Below are positions 48,200 to 59,687 of a DNA stretch of 64,000 nt, piece after piece (the first letter of the stretch is position 1; every line of letters starts with the position of its first letter). The stretch comes from Oikopleura dioica (Eukaryota > Animalia > Chordata): NCBI GenBank assembly GCA_907165135.1, contig OU015566.1, positions 13,144,001 through 13,208,000 of the forward strand. The letters are read 5' to 3'. Below the pieces are notes generated by a model. The model was not told the DNA's origin. It was given only the letters and a program-made list of their open reading frames with translations, and searched no databases. A program made the translations under genes and the position numbers.

Positions 48200-49330
48200 T
48201 TTCGCCAAAAAGTTTCGCCAAAAAGTTCACTTCTATTGTTTGAATTAGTCCGACTTGAGAAAATGGAGTCGAAAAACGACGTCGATGGGCGGTCTCGAAG
48301 AGCAACTTCGCGGATCAATTTCGGCTGATGGCGGCTTTGTTCGTCGAAAGACTCCTTCAGTAATCATATTGTTAAATCAGGGGTGAACTGATGATCTGTA
48401 CCTTTGTGTAGCAAAAATGTTGGATTTCGAAGAGGCTCATTAGATAATTGCCGCGGCCGTTGTTGATGAAACTCATGGTCGAGAGGATTCTTTGATTCAC
48501 GCGCCGAACGTATGAAACATTGAGGAGTAGTTTCAGGCTGAATTATTTGTTACCTTTTTGCAAAAACGGGTGGACATCAGTAAACCGGACTTTCAGTTAT
48601 TTTAGAAACCTGTATGGAAAACCTTAGTCAGGGTTATCTGAGTCGATTTCAGACCATGACTCAGGTTTTTGACACAGATCGTGGAGCTTATTGAAACTTG
48701 GTTCGGATTCGGACAGAGGATTCGATGTTGATGGAAAAGTCATCAAGCCAAAAGGGGAGCATTTTAAGGGTATCCCTTCTGTAAAAAAAATCTCAGGAGG
48801 AAAGCAGATACACTGACGAACACAGGCGGTAAGGCAATAACTCCGACCACGATCCTGTCTACCCTAATCAACCCGTGAACAACAACTCTCAAGCTTCAAC
48901 TTTCCGATCAAGATCAAATGTAATCGCAAACAGTTTTCTCCATGCCAGCTGAAATTAAAAATAAAACCAAGGCTCTTGCTTCTTTTTTCATTTTTGAAGT
49001 TCAAATATCAATGTTTATAAAATAATTTTTTTTTTGACGAAAAAACAAGAGCCGGCAAAAAGTCTCATTCGGTCGTCTTTTGATTTGTTTTTATGTCCTC
49101 GATCATTCTTGTCATATAGTCTATATGTTATATGATATAGAGTCGCTGATGACCATTTGAGTCGATTCCGAACATAAATCCGAGCATCGCCGATTTCTCT
49201 CATTCTCATCAAATTTCCAATTGCATCAACCAAGTAATGCTCGGCATTCAAAAAAGTTGTTCAAGTTGACTCTTGCGTTTTGAGTGATTGATTTTTTAAC
49301 TTTGTCAATAACAAATTTTGTTATTATCAA
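48200..49330 (-). pseudogene. Minus-strand fragments of the same paralog family (downstream-domain exons)
   Basis: EHYLVDAIGNLMRMRE (49015-49251 ORF) matches EHYLVDAKGNLLKVRE on + at ~51685. Further spliced-looking exons at ~48200-48540. Confidence 0.45.
48618..48669. mobile_element. 52-bp minimal derivative of the GCCGC-family termini
   Basis: AAAACCTTAGTCAGGG..TCTGA..TCAGACCATGACTCAGGTTTT: both ends with almost no interior. Confidence 0.65.
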
Positions 49331-49647
49331 TATTTATCAATGGGAAATTTAAAAACTTATTTGCAAAATCGTTCATAAGAATACAAAAAGCCGTTAGCAT
49401 GGGTATTCGTTGCTCGAATTTGCCCGCCCTGCTCAATCGCATCACCGAAAGAGCAGAAGTAATCCGTCAGATTTGGATCTTTGCTTTCGCCATGACGTCA
49501 ATGCCAAGCCAGAGTCAAATAATTCCAGCCAGAGTTCTCTTGCTCAATAACACCGACTAGGGGAGCTCTTCCGAGGAATAAAAAGACTACAAGCGGCAGG
49601 AGTTGATTTTGTTCACTTTCAGAGTCGACTTTAATTCGATTTTCGAA

Positions 49648-52130
49648 ATGAAATCGAGAATCGTGGAAGAGATTCGCCCCGTAGAAGAGACGCCTCCGCC
49701 GAAAATTAAAAAGCCGAAAGGTCGGCAGAAAAAGAAAACTGTTGAAGAGGAAATTCGACCGATGAGCAATGATTTGCCACGAAAGCGGCAAAAAAAGGAC
49801 CAAACGAAGAGCGAAAATGACCCTTTACCAGCCGAGGCTAAAAGGTCCAAAAGTCGTATTCCCGTAAGGATCCAAAAAAATCCGATAAAGGAGACTACCG
49901 CCCAAAAAGGCCCGAAATCGAACGAGTTGGCAAATGTGAGATGCCTTGAATGCCACGCTGTCGGAACAGTGATGAAAACGATCCACGGAATCGTCCTTTT
50001 TCCGAATAAAGTTAAGAAAACTCTGCTCGAGCTGGGTGGAGGCATTTTGATGCCGAATATAAAGAAAGTGAAGCCGACTGTCAAGATAGCCAATAAGAAG
50101 GCGAAGAAATTCGTGGAGGGGTTCAATCAACTTGAAGACAACAAAGAGGACGAAGAAAACGACGGATTATTTCAGAGATCGGTTAAAAGGGTCCAAAACT
50201 TCAGGGCACGATTCGCCAGTGGGGTCAAAAATGCAAAGGGCGAGAAAAAATTTGAGCTTGTGAAGATGATTGAGCGAGAAAAGACGAAGACGCCGGCAAA
50301 GGACGTTCCTGAACGATTCACGGGCTTCTTTTCCGACGAGTTTGAAAAAGACAACTTCTGGAAATCGAAAAAACGCTTTTCGCTCCAGTAAGTACTGGTT
50401 AACATGAAAATTTTGGAGGCAGTAGTATTTAACGATCGGATATATGGTCACAGGGTGAAACTTCGTAGAGAGGGGCTATCATTCGAGCATATGATTTGAG
50501 CCATCCAATACCTCTAGAATCTGGGCTATTGATGAGGGTAAGGGACTGGGAACTCTTTCCAGGGGGAGGGTCCGGGGGCGAAGCCGCCTGGGTTAAGTTA
50601 AGGGTGAGGGGCAGCTCGAATGACAACCCACTACGACCTGATTTTTTTTCGCAAGAAGAACAGAACCTTATCGTTGATTATCATTTATCTTTTTCAGCGG
50701 CAACGCAACGATGCCTCAATTCGCCGTTTACATGTTGTTCGGCTGCATTTTCTGGGGTATAGTCGTCGGAATAAGTATTCAGATTCGATCAAGCTCAGTT
50801 TAAGAGTATTTCAGCGAATTACTATTCGATGCTTGCAGCTCGGATTCAACCAACTTATTTAACGAACGTTTGCCAAGCTGGCTTCAAAAACTGCACTGTT
50901 ACGAACAATATGGACTACTGCGCGCATTTGCTTCATGATTGCATCGGAACTGGCAATTTCACGCAACCGGCTGTAATCAAAATTCAGGGAAGACCAGTAG
51001 AGCCACCTCTTACCTTTACAGACAAAGAGAATGACGTCAATCAACAACGATGCAAAAAACAAAAGTTCTATGCCATGTTTTTCAAAATAACTCTTTAAGT
51101 TCCTTTGCCCCTATAAAACATGAAAAAGATCGATTCGTTTGCCGCCATGTTTGTTCGGAGACCCTTGTTTTGGAATCAACAAGGAATAAAACTGCTTCGC
51201 GTTGCGATCAAATCTGCGTTCAATTGACAAGATCACAAGACTTAGCCGGAGAAATCTGTCCTTTCGAGAAATATTGTCAAGGAGGTTGTCCATGTCCGTT
51301 TTATCAGTGCGAGAAGGTTCTAAATGTGCAAACACTTGTTCCCGTTTGGGATTTGAAAAATGGAAAAATCACTGAAGGAAAATTGAAAAATATGAAACGA
51401 GGAAATATTTTCTTATATTTTTATCAACTTTTAAAGTCCCGAAAGAAAGTGAATTAATAACAAAGAGAATACCCGGTCGGGAAGAGTCCTTCACAAAATA
51501 TCCTGTAATATTTTCGAATCTTCAAGCGACAAACGAATCAACCGCTTTCTCCTTGACGGATCATTCTCTACTGAATAAACTCTTTCCTCATGAATGTTTT
51601 CATTCAGTTGGTCGTCAAATAAGTCTAAAAATAATTGAATAAAACAGCAAAAGTCAATCGGCGCGACTTTTCTCAACGGCGAGCATTATTTGGTCGATGC
51701 AAAAGGAAACCTGCTCAAAGTCCGAGAAAATGATGGTTCAACAGTTTTCATTCGTAGGAGACGCAAAAAAATGTAAGCTAATGCTTGTGAATATCAATTG
51801 TTAATTTGATAGTGGCTTCTTCGTCTTTCATTACGGCTCTTCGATCGGGACACATCAAATTGAAATTCGCAACAAGGGAAAAGAGAAAAAAGTGTTTCCC
51901 GTCGTAGTCATCTGGAAAGGTCGATAAGTGTACGATTTCTTTAGTCATCAGTCACTTTCGACCCGTTGAAGTCGTCCAACTGGTAAAAATGAAAAATGTT
52001 TCTATTACGCTCCCGAATACAATTTAAATCGCTTCGAGGAAGCTCAAGGCTACATCGCCAGCAATCATTTTAACGCAAAGGTCTCGTCAATCAGCTTCAA
52101 AGGTGTCTTTTATTTGATGAGTGCCATGTT
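49648..52130 (+). CDS. Cys-rich type II membrane protein, paralog 2 (Lys-rich N-terminus; 3' exons may be disrupted)
   Basis: Long exon to 50387 (contains CLECHAVG). The intron holds a MITE. Exon at 50698 gives H|GNATMPQFAVYMLFGCIFWGIVVG, then TNVCQAGFKNC...GEICPFEKYCQGGCPCPFYQCEK. Later exon remnants EHYLVDAKGN (~51685) and KCFYYAPEYNLNRFEEAQ (~51995). Confidence 0.7.
50460..50635. mobile_element. Inverted relative of the 44597 element, intronic
   Basis: GTAGAGAGGGGCTATCATTCGAGC...CTCTAGAATCT...GGGGTCCGGGGGCGAAGCC...GGGGCAGCTCGAATGACAACCC aligns with the reverse complement of 44597-44814. Confidence 0.78.
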
Positions 52131-52360
52131 GGGAGAGCATTTCATCAAGTTGTCGAAGACTCTCGCTCTCAACCGAATCAGAAAAGACGAAGAACTTGAG
52201 AAGGGATGGAGAAAGGGCGATTTCGGAGTTCCTACTGAGCTAAGGGACCTGGATCTTGTCCACGTGGTCCCTTTGGAACGAGTTAAATTTTGTTAATCAC
52301 AGATCGGGATTAAACCATTTTCTGGTCCCAATCTCTCGAAGTGAATTTTTTGATTATCAA

Positions 52361-53319
52361 TAGGGGAAATCACAAATAATTGGGCTTTTTTTCTAGCTTA
52401 GTAGGGTGGGAGTAAAATACAGTTTTAGAATCTCCAGAAGCTGGGGATCATTTTGACTATTGATAGTAGGGGTTGATCTCGTACCCTGAGGGCATTTAAG
52501 TACCTCTGAAGTCCCAAAACCTGGCCAATTTTGGAAATGCGAATTTTTGAGGCCTTAACTCGGGCTTTCAGAGGACGCCACTTATCCCAGATTGTAGCCT
52601 AGGCTCTGACGATCATTTTGAGCCCAAGAAAAGTACTGAGACCGGGGGGTTCCTGAGGAGCTAGGGGCTCTTGAAGCTGAGGAACTCGACAGAAATTGAG
52701 TACTTTTTCCCAAATAGCATATGATTTGTACCTCAAATGCATCCCAAAGATTTTTTATCGACTTTAAGTCATTCACAAATATTATAGATGTCATTTGGGG
52801 TCATCTTAGGTCACTTTTGGCCAAGAATTATGAGAAATTCAAAAAATTTGGATAAGTGACCCCATCTGACCTCAGATGACCCCGAATGACATCTATAACA
52901 TTTGTGAATGAATAAAAGTCGATAAAAAATCTTTGGGAGGCATTAGAGGTACAAATCATATGCTATTTGGGAAAAAGTACTCAATTTCTGTCGAGTTCCT
53001 CAGCTTCAAGAGCCCCTAGCTCCTCAGGAACCCCCCGGTCTCAGTACTTTTCTTGGGCTCAAAATGATCGTCAGAGCCTAGGCTACAATCTGGGATAAGT
53101 GGCGTCCTCTGAAAGGCCGAGTTAAGGCCTCAAAAATTCGCATTTCCGAAATTGGCCAGGTTTTGGGACTTCAGAGGTACCTAAATGCCCTCAGGGTACG
53201 AGATCACCCCCTACTATCAATAGTCAAAATGATCCCCAGCTTCTGGAGATTCTAAAACTGTATTATACTCCCACCCTACTAAGCTAGAAAAAAAGCCCAA
53301 TTATTAGTGATTTCCCCTA
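52361..53319. mobile_element. 959-bp fold-back hAT-like element with 8-bp TSD
   Basis: ~455-bp inverted arms with only scattered mismatches and a ~40-bp loop. Termini TAGGGGAAATCAC / GTGATTTCCCCTA. TSD ATTATCAA at 52353-52360 and 53320-53327. Confidence 0.96.
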
Positions 53320-53427
53320 ATTATCAATAACTTATTTGGCTTCATAATTGCGTCGAATGCGTTCAAGCGTTAATAAATTTAATTTAACCGAAAAAAGATT
53401 GACTTAGGTCGACTCCTGTATATTCTA

Positions 53428-56027
53428 GTGACAAGAAGTATTGATCTCTCAAACACTCTTTACTCGGTGTTGTTGGAGGCAGAAGGCAAATTCGTCACTC
53501 TTGGCCGCGAGTGGATCGGCTCGCTTGATAAATACGAAGAAAAATCTATTTGTTTTTCGAAGTTGTTTACCCAAGTTGATGCATACTACACGGATCAATG
53601 GGGGTACAATAACGATGAATGCGAGTATTTCGGAAACGGAATCATTCATGACGACAATATTTTCATCTCGAATTACGTTTTTGACTTTTCATTTGAAGTC
53701 AAATTTCATTTAGGAAAAGATTCAATTCTTTTGCTCTTCTTTGAAACCGAACTAATAAGTGATTTAATTCTTTTTCAAGACCTTGTTGAGCTTGAATTCG
53801 TCCAGCATCCGGCTAGAAGACAAATATTCGTCACAAGCAATCCACTTTTTGCGTTTCACGACGATGTGTTTCCTGCTTTTCTGAAGAACGCTGTCGCTCA
53901 GCCGCGATTCCCACCTAGTTTTGGACGGTCAACGATCATTCCGGACAAATTCTTTAATTCTCTTGAAGAACTAAATCACATTTCTACATTCGAGATGAAA
54001 TTCGATGGAAGAGAATATCTTGACTTCGAAATGAATTTTTCAGAGAAATCAAGCATTTTTGAAAAAATGAAAATACTTGAATTGAGTTTCTTTGATGGAT
54101 CCACTTTTCTGAGTTTCGGAGTTTATTCAAATTATTCTTTTCGGATTGATTCCGATTATTTTGAAGGTCGCTCATTTTCGGAAACAAATATCACTCAATT
54201 GTCGAAGCTAGAATTTTATTTAAACTCATCAAGCTCAATGGAAACTTCTTTGCAAATTATCGAGGAAAAGTTAAATTAATAATAAACACGAAGTTTTATC
54301 GACAAAACCTTAACCAGAAAAAGAATCAAAAGAAAAAGAGAGACCTATCGATAACGAAAATGAGTGGTCTTCAAAATTTGAAGGCTAAAAAACTCCGGAT
54401 CTTCAAGTTGGACGATCGCGCGGAAATTAAGAATTTTAATTTTTTTTCTGAAACGGCAATTTTGGTTATGGGCTGGAACTTGGAAAAAGCATTATCGATT
54501 TCTTTGGATGAAAAATCAAGGAATAACGCGATAATTGTGGCTCCGAGCAATTACTATCTTCAATGGAGTCCGCATGCGCTTGTCAAAAACGAGCTTTTCA
54601 TTTTTGGAGGAAGAAATCAACGAAAAGTAAGAAAATTTAGAATTTTGAGAATAATAGAGTCAAGATCGCGAAACTGGAAGGCTGCACTTGGAGAGAACAG
54701 ACAACTCGATTGAAAAATAGATTTTCGAGTGGCTCTGCGGCGCTTACGGTCAATGATGGGACAAAAGCATTAATTTGCTTTGATGATGACGATGAAAACC
54801 GATGTAACGATTTTGATGGAGAATTTTCAACGGAAACTTTCTCTTCAAAATATTCGCATTGGAGAGGAAGACTCGGCTTCTATAAAGGAAATCCAACTAC
54901 TGTTGGAGGTTCGTGGGGCGATGGAACGAATAAAGTGGAGACCCTTGGCTTGTCGGGCTGGACAAGTTTACCTGATTTCCCGAAAAAGTATTTAAAAAAA
55001 TCGTTTATTTATTAATATTATTAAAGTGTAACACAATATCATCTTTTGATGGGCCTTCCAAGTGGAAGTCTTTTGCTCGCCGGGGGATGGAAATAGAGTT
55101 TCTCACGGAAAAATGGTAGTTATCATTTTTTTCTGAAAATTTCATCGCAGGCTTATTTTGACCCGCTGATTCCAAAAATACAAGAATAAGAGGCGCCGGT
55201 CGACGTTTTGGTGGTGCGACGCGCGCTGTCTTGGCGCTCTTGGTGCAAGGGAGATTTTTCAGTGAAACCCATGTTCAGAAACTAATTGACAATAAGCTTT
55301 TTTCGGCGTTTTCGAGGGTAAGGCACAATATTTATAATGAAATTATCTTGTTTAAATCGGAAATCCCCAAATTATCGCATCGAACCACTATATTTCGTCA
55401 CCTTCAACAGAAATGTTCGGACTTCTCTCCGGGGAGTGAGTAAATATGCGCGTTTTCAGGCCAAGCGGTGACCCCGTGCGCGGTAGTAGGGATAAATATT
55501 TTGGTACAGAAAGAAGAGACTTTTTATTTCTCCCTAACTCAAGCGCGCGCGCAATGCCAAAAAGTTCTAGTTAAATGCGGATTTCTAAGTGACCGGCTAT
55601 TTACGGCTACCCAAAGATTTCAGAGCTGAATTCTTTCTGCTTGAGATTGATCATAATTAAAAATCGAGAGTGGCGAAATCGAGAAGGCGAACGGAGGCCC
55701 GCGCGCTCCCGTGAAAAACCCTAGGTGTGATTATGAAAAACAAAAAGCAATTTGGCTTCTTGAAAACGACATTTGGGAACAAATCGGAATTCTTCAAAAC
55801 GTAAGTTTCTAAAGCTGTCAAAGATTTTGATTTGAATAAAGGCTTGCATGTCTGCATCTGCAATTATGATCAAAAACTCAATTTTCATCGTTCCTGGCTA
55901 CGGAAGTTCTTCAATCGAACGACTTGATTTTGAAGGAGATCGATTAACCGGTCAACGAGTCGTTGGAAATACAGACGAAAGTTCGATGCCAGTTCTTCTG
56001 GAAGTTCCCGCTAATTATTGTGTCTAA
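53428..56027 (+). pseudogene. Kelch/galactose-oxidase-like beta-propeller family gene with a long N-terminal domain, disrupted
   Basis: 283-aa ORF, a frameshift near 54270, then HALVKNELFIFGGRNQRK|IAKLEGC (38-bp intron 54628-54665), YKGNPTTVGG, NKVETL...WTSLPDFP, an in-frame stop near 55090, and a terminal SIERLDFEG...PVLLEVPANYCV* exon. Could partly reflect assembly error. Confidence 0.65.
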
Positions 56028-56235
56028 ATTTTAGACTCTAAAAGAATAAAAAAGAAACAGAAAAAGAGAACGAAAAATTTTAAGCTTTTTCCTCATTTTT
56101 ATTTTCATTACAAATTTATTAAATCAATCATCTGTGCATCTCTTTCTATTTCAAAAAGAAAACCTTCATTTTTTCGTGGTATTTATTATCTTCTTTAACA
56201 GTAGATTATTAGTTTTCATATTTTATTCCAGGAAT

Positions 56236-56445
56236 TCAAAGCTGAAACCATTTTTTCGTCTTGAACTGAAAAATACAACATAAGCAAGTCTTCAAAAAAC
56301 TTCCTGTTTTTTACCTTTTCTTTGAGCTGCTTCGCATTTGTTTGAAATTGACTTGCACTTTCCTTCATTTTTTCAGTCTCGTCAGTGCACGATTGAAGAT
56401 TTTCCTGACGCTTCATGACGTTTTGCCGCATTTTTGCCAATTCTC
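56236..56445 (-). CDS. Tomosyn/amisyn-type C-terminal R-SNARE (last two exons only)
   Basis: Exons 56445-56315 and 56265-56236 (49-bp GT-AG intron) encode ELAKMRQNVMKRQENLQSCTDETEKMKESASQFQTNAKQLKEK|FKTKKWFQL*. This resembles the STXBP5/6 end (R-layer heptads plus KKWYQF). Confidence 0.75.
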
Positions 56446-56531
56446 CTGAATAAGAAATTGAACAATGAGAAATCAATGGATGATCTCGGCTCGGCAACCT
56501 GTGTTTAAAACTTGACACAGGTTTCGAGGAC

Positions 56532-56705
56532 CATAAATGAATAGCCGCGAAACGGCTTTTTTAAAAACAAAGCCACGGAGCGGCCTCGCCAGTATTCAAA
56601 AATAGGATGATATGACAATTTGGCGAAGCCGCTATGCGGCTTCGTTTTTAAATAAGCCGCTACGCGCCTTTTCATTTAGGGTTATCAAAACCATAGTCAG
56701 GTTTT
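56532..56705 (+). mobile_element. GCCGC-palindrome MITE family, one-ended copy
   Basis: ATAAATGAATAGCCGCGAAACGGC ... GCCGCTACGCGCCTTTTCATTTAG followed by AACCATAGTCAGGTTTTC. Confidence 0.8.
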
Positions 56706-56798
56706 CCCGAGAAAATGAGGCGTTCTTGCCTGATAATCCTGAAGTTTCTCGGTCCAAATCGCCGGGAATAAAAATAGCTATTTGAGAAGAACTTTTCG

Positions 56799-58386
56799 TT
56801 TCGCCAAAAAGCTCACTTCGATTGTTTGAATTAGTCCGACTTGAGAAAATGGAGTCGAAAAACGACGTCGATGGGCGGTCTCGAAGAGCAACTTCGCGGA
56901 TCCATTTCGGCTGATGGCGGCTTTGTTCGTCGAAAGACTCCTTCAGTAATCATATTGTTAAATCAGGGGGAACTGATGATCTGTACCTTTGTGTAGCAAA
57001 AATGTTGGATTTCGAAGAGGCTCATTAGATAATTGCCGCGGCCGTTGTTGATGAAACTCATGGTCGAGAGGATTCTTTGATTCACGCGCCGAACGTATGA
57101 AACATTGAGGAGTAGTTTCAGGCTGAATTATTTGTTACCTTTTTGCAAAAAAAACCTTTTGGGGGGGGCTTATTGAAGATGTTCGAGCGTTGACGCGATG
57201 TAGCCTTAAATGTCAAGGAACAAGGAAATTTAAGGGCTGATTTTCACCTTGGGCTTCCTCGACTCTGTTTAGGTTATAGTCCGGCGCGTAGTAGTAACAT
57301 TTGTCTGGACGGTCATTCGGGGAGCTTTTAATGGTCAAAAATTTATAATAATCTTTATAGTGTTCATCTGATTTTCGACCGTTTTCAAATAACAACGACG
57401 GGGAAGATCTTTCGATCTCTGTCTTTTAGGCGAATCTCAATGTGGTGAGTTCCAATCGAGGATCCAAAGTGGAAAACGAAGGAGTTCGTTGCTCGTTCTG
57501 AATAATCAGCTTCCAATTTGAGAATAAGAAGAAGTCAGGTTTTTAAACGGAAGTCCCCACCCTGGCGCGGTATTTTTTATTTCTATTTTACAAAAAATAT
57601 TGATATACTGACGATCTGGAATCAATATTCGCAATTTCTTAAAACCGATAAAGCTACGAACAGGAATCGTTCTTTCCGCTGAAACGGCTACCCCAATCTC
57701 TGTCGCTGAAATCAAGAAAGAGAACGAGCTCTGAGTTCTATTGAAAAAATGCCGCTTTGCATTCTGGATGACATTCAAAATAGGAACGAAAAAGGGGAGT
57801 CAACTGTCGACGTGTCAGACAAAAAGTCGTCAGAAACCGTTTCTACCCGTATCTTAGAATATTTTTTATCTCCAAGAGATCACTACTAGCTATGGTTATC
57901 GAAGAGGAGAACGAACGGTTGGATGATTCAATTTTCCTAACGAAAATCCAGGTATTTTTTACAAAGATATTGGTCGAATCTTATTGAATACAAGTGTCTC
58001 GACTGCGACTGTATTGGCGTTTTGAGACAAAAAGGGAAGAAAGTTTTTTTAGTTTTATTCAGTTTTATGACCAAAAAATCTGCCGACATTTTTGTTCCAA
58101 AACTCTCATTTTGGAATCAACAAGAAATAGCGAAATCCCGCCCTGCGAATTGATGTGTTTCGAACTGACAAAATCTTTTGACGCAGCCGGAGAAGTTTTC
58201 CCTTTTCAGAAATACTGTCAAAAGGGATTTCCCTCGTGATCTCTTGGAGATAGAAAAATATTCTGAGATACGGTAGAAACGGTTTCTGACGACTTCTTGT
58301 CTGACACGTCGACAGTTGACTCTCCGTTTTCGTTCCTTTTTTGAAGGTCATCAAAAATGCAAAGCGGCATTTTTTCAATAGAACTC
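56799..58386. repeat. Scrambled segmental duplication of 46843-48566
   Basis: 56799-57149 = 48213-48566; 57480-58037 = 46843-47403; 58060-58228 = 47901-48069; 58236-58386 = inverted copy of 57733-57883 / 47094-47245. Confidence 0.93.
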
Positions 58387-58491
58387 GAAGCAAGAATCAT
58401 CAATGATGATTCATCATCAAATAATTTTGAAGGAAGAACTTTTATTCACACTTGAACAGGAATGGCAGGAATGAAGCAAAAAAAGAATAAG

Positions 58492-59430
58492 TTACACGTC
58501 AATGAAGCATTGAAAATTCGCCGGAGTAGACCTTCGCGGTGGCTTGGCCGCTAATTTGTTGGTAATAGTAGTAACCGTTCCGGCGCCGGAAGAGTGGAAG
58601 TTCGAAGTTAGGTCGAGGAGGGAAATCGTACGGTCGACTTCGCGGGATTTGATGAGAATAACATCGTAGCGGTTTGTGTAGTTGGTGACGTCATCGACGG
58701 CGACGAGGATGTTGGAAGCATTGGAGACTTCGCTGTAATTGCTGAAAATTTGTGTGAAGAAAATGTCATAGAAAACTTCAGAAATCAACAAAGAAAGATA
58801 TTGGATTAGAAAAAAGATCGTGTGAATCGCTATCTTACCTGAACTCAGAAGGATTTTCGGAGAGTCTCTGTCTCTTGGATTCACGACTTCTTCTTCTCGA
58901 TTGTTCTCTTCGTGGTCTGATCCATCTGACCATCAGAAGAATCAGAATCATCGTCAACAAAACAGCGATGACGATCGTTATCGCCAGAACCGACATTGTA
59001 GCGATGCTCAACATTTTGTTTCTCGTTTTTTGTTTTACTCTTTTTGGATGCTTGCTGCTTGCATTCAAATTTCGCGCGGTTATAAGTGGGCGTGGAGCCC
59101 TCTCGAGCGCCACGAACCAGCTGGTATCAAGTGCACGGATCATGGATCGATTACACAATGGTAATTAACAGCTTTCTGCGAATCGCTCAGATCATTATCA
59201 GAACCAGCGGCGGTGCATCAGACTTGTTCCCAGCGCCGGTGCACGGATTGATGTTCTTGGGGAAACAACCTGCGAAATATGGATTGCATCTTTCCTGTTT
59301 TAGTTCTCTTTGAGATTTTATTTCCGCTAGAATTGGGCACCTGAAGATTCCGACCTGTTCCCAGAAAATCTTGTTTCTCTCCGCATCAAATTTTGAGGAG
59401 ACACTCGTACTTGAATTTTCTCTCAAAACT
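58492..59430 (-). CDS. Putative single-pass membrane protein (5' structure uncertain)
   Basis: Hydrophobic MSVLAITIVIAVLLTMILILLMV followed by basic RWIRPRREQSRRR. The GT-AG intron joins in phase to SNYSEVSNASNILVAVDDV...FQCFIDV*. Cys-containing upstream exons at ~59170-59430. Confidence 0.5.
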
Positions 59431-59687
59431 TGAAGGAGCTCATAAAATGATCCCTTCTCTAGAATTTTTTAGCATATCCTCTCGTGGGAAAACAGTCCAC
59501 TTGAAAATACAAAAACGCTTCCCGACCCACTTTTCCTGCTAAAAACATTTCCACGATTCTTTTTTTCTGTACGAGTAAGCAAAACATGTTTATACAAAGT
59601 CAAAACAGGAACAACAAAAAGAATGGTGCGTGTTTCTTCTCCAAATCCGGAACAATGAATTCACACCATAAAATCTCCCCTGCCGGA

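Noticed and set aside
49587-50126. Hydrophobic 179-aa minus-strand ORF
   Set aside because: It is the antisense of a Lys/Glu-rich exon, which yields Phe/Leu-rich text.
50470-50540. Extra exon of paralog 2 (GAIIRAYDLSHPIPLESGLLMR)
   Set aside because: It lies inside a MITE, and direct splicing 50387 to 50698 restores the conserved HGNAT motif.
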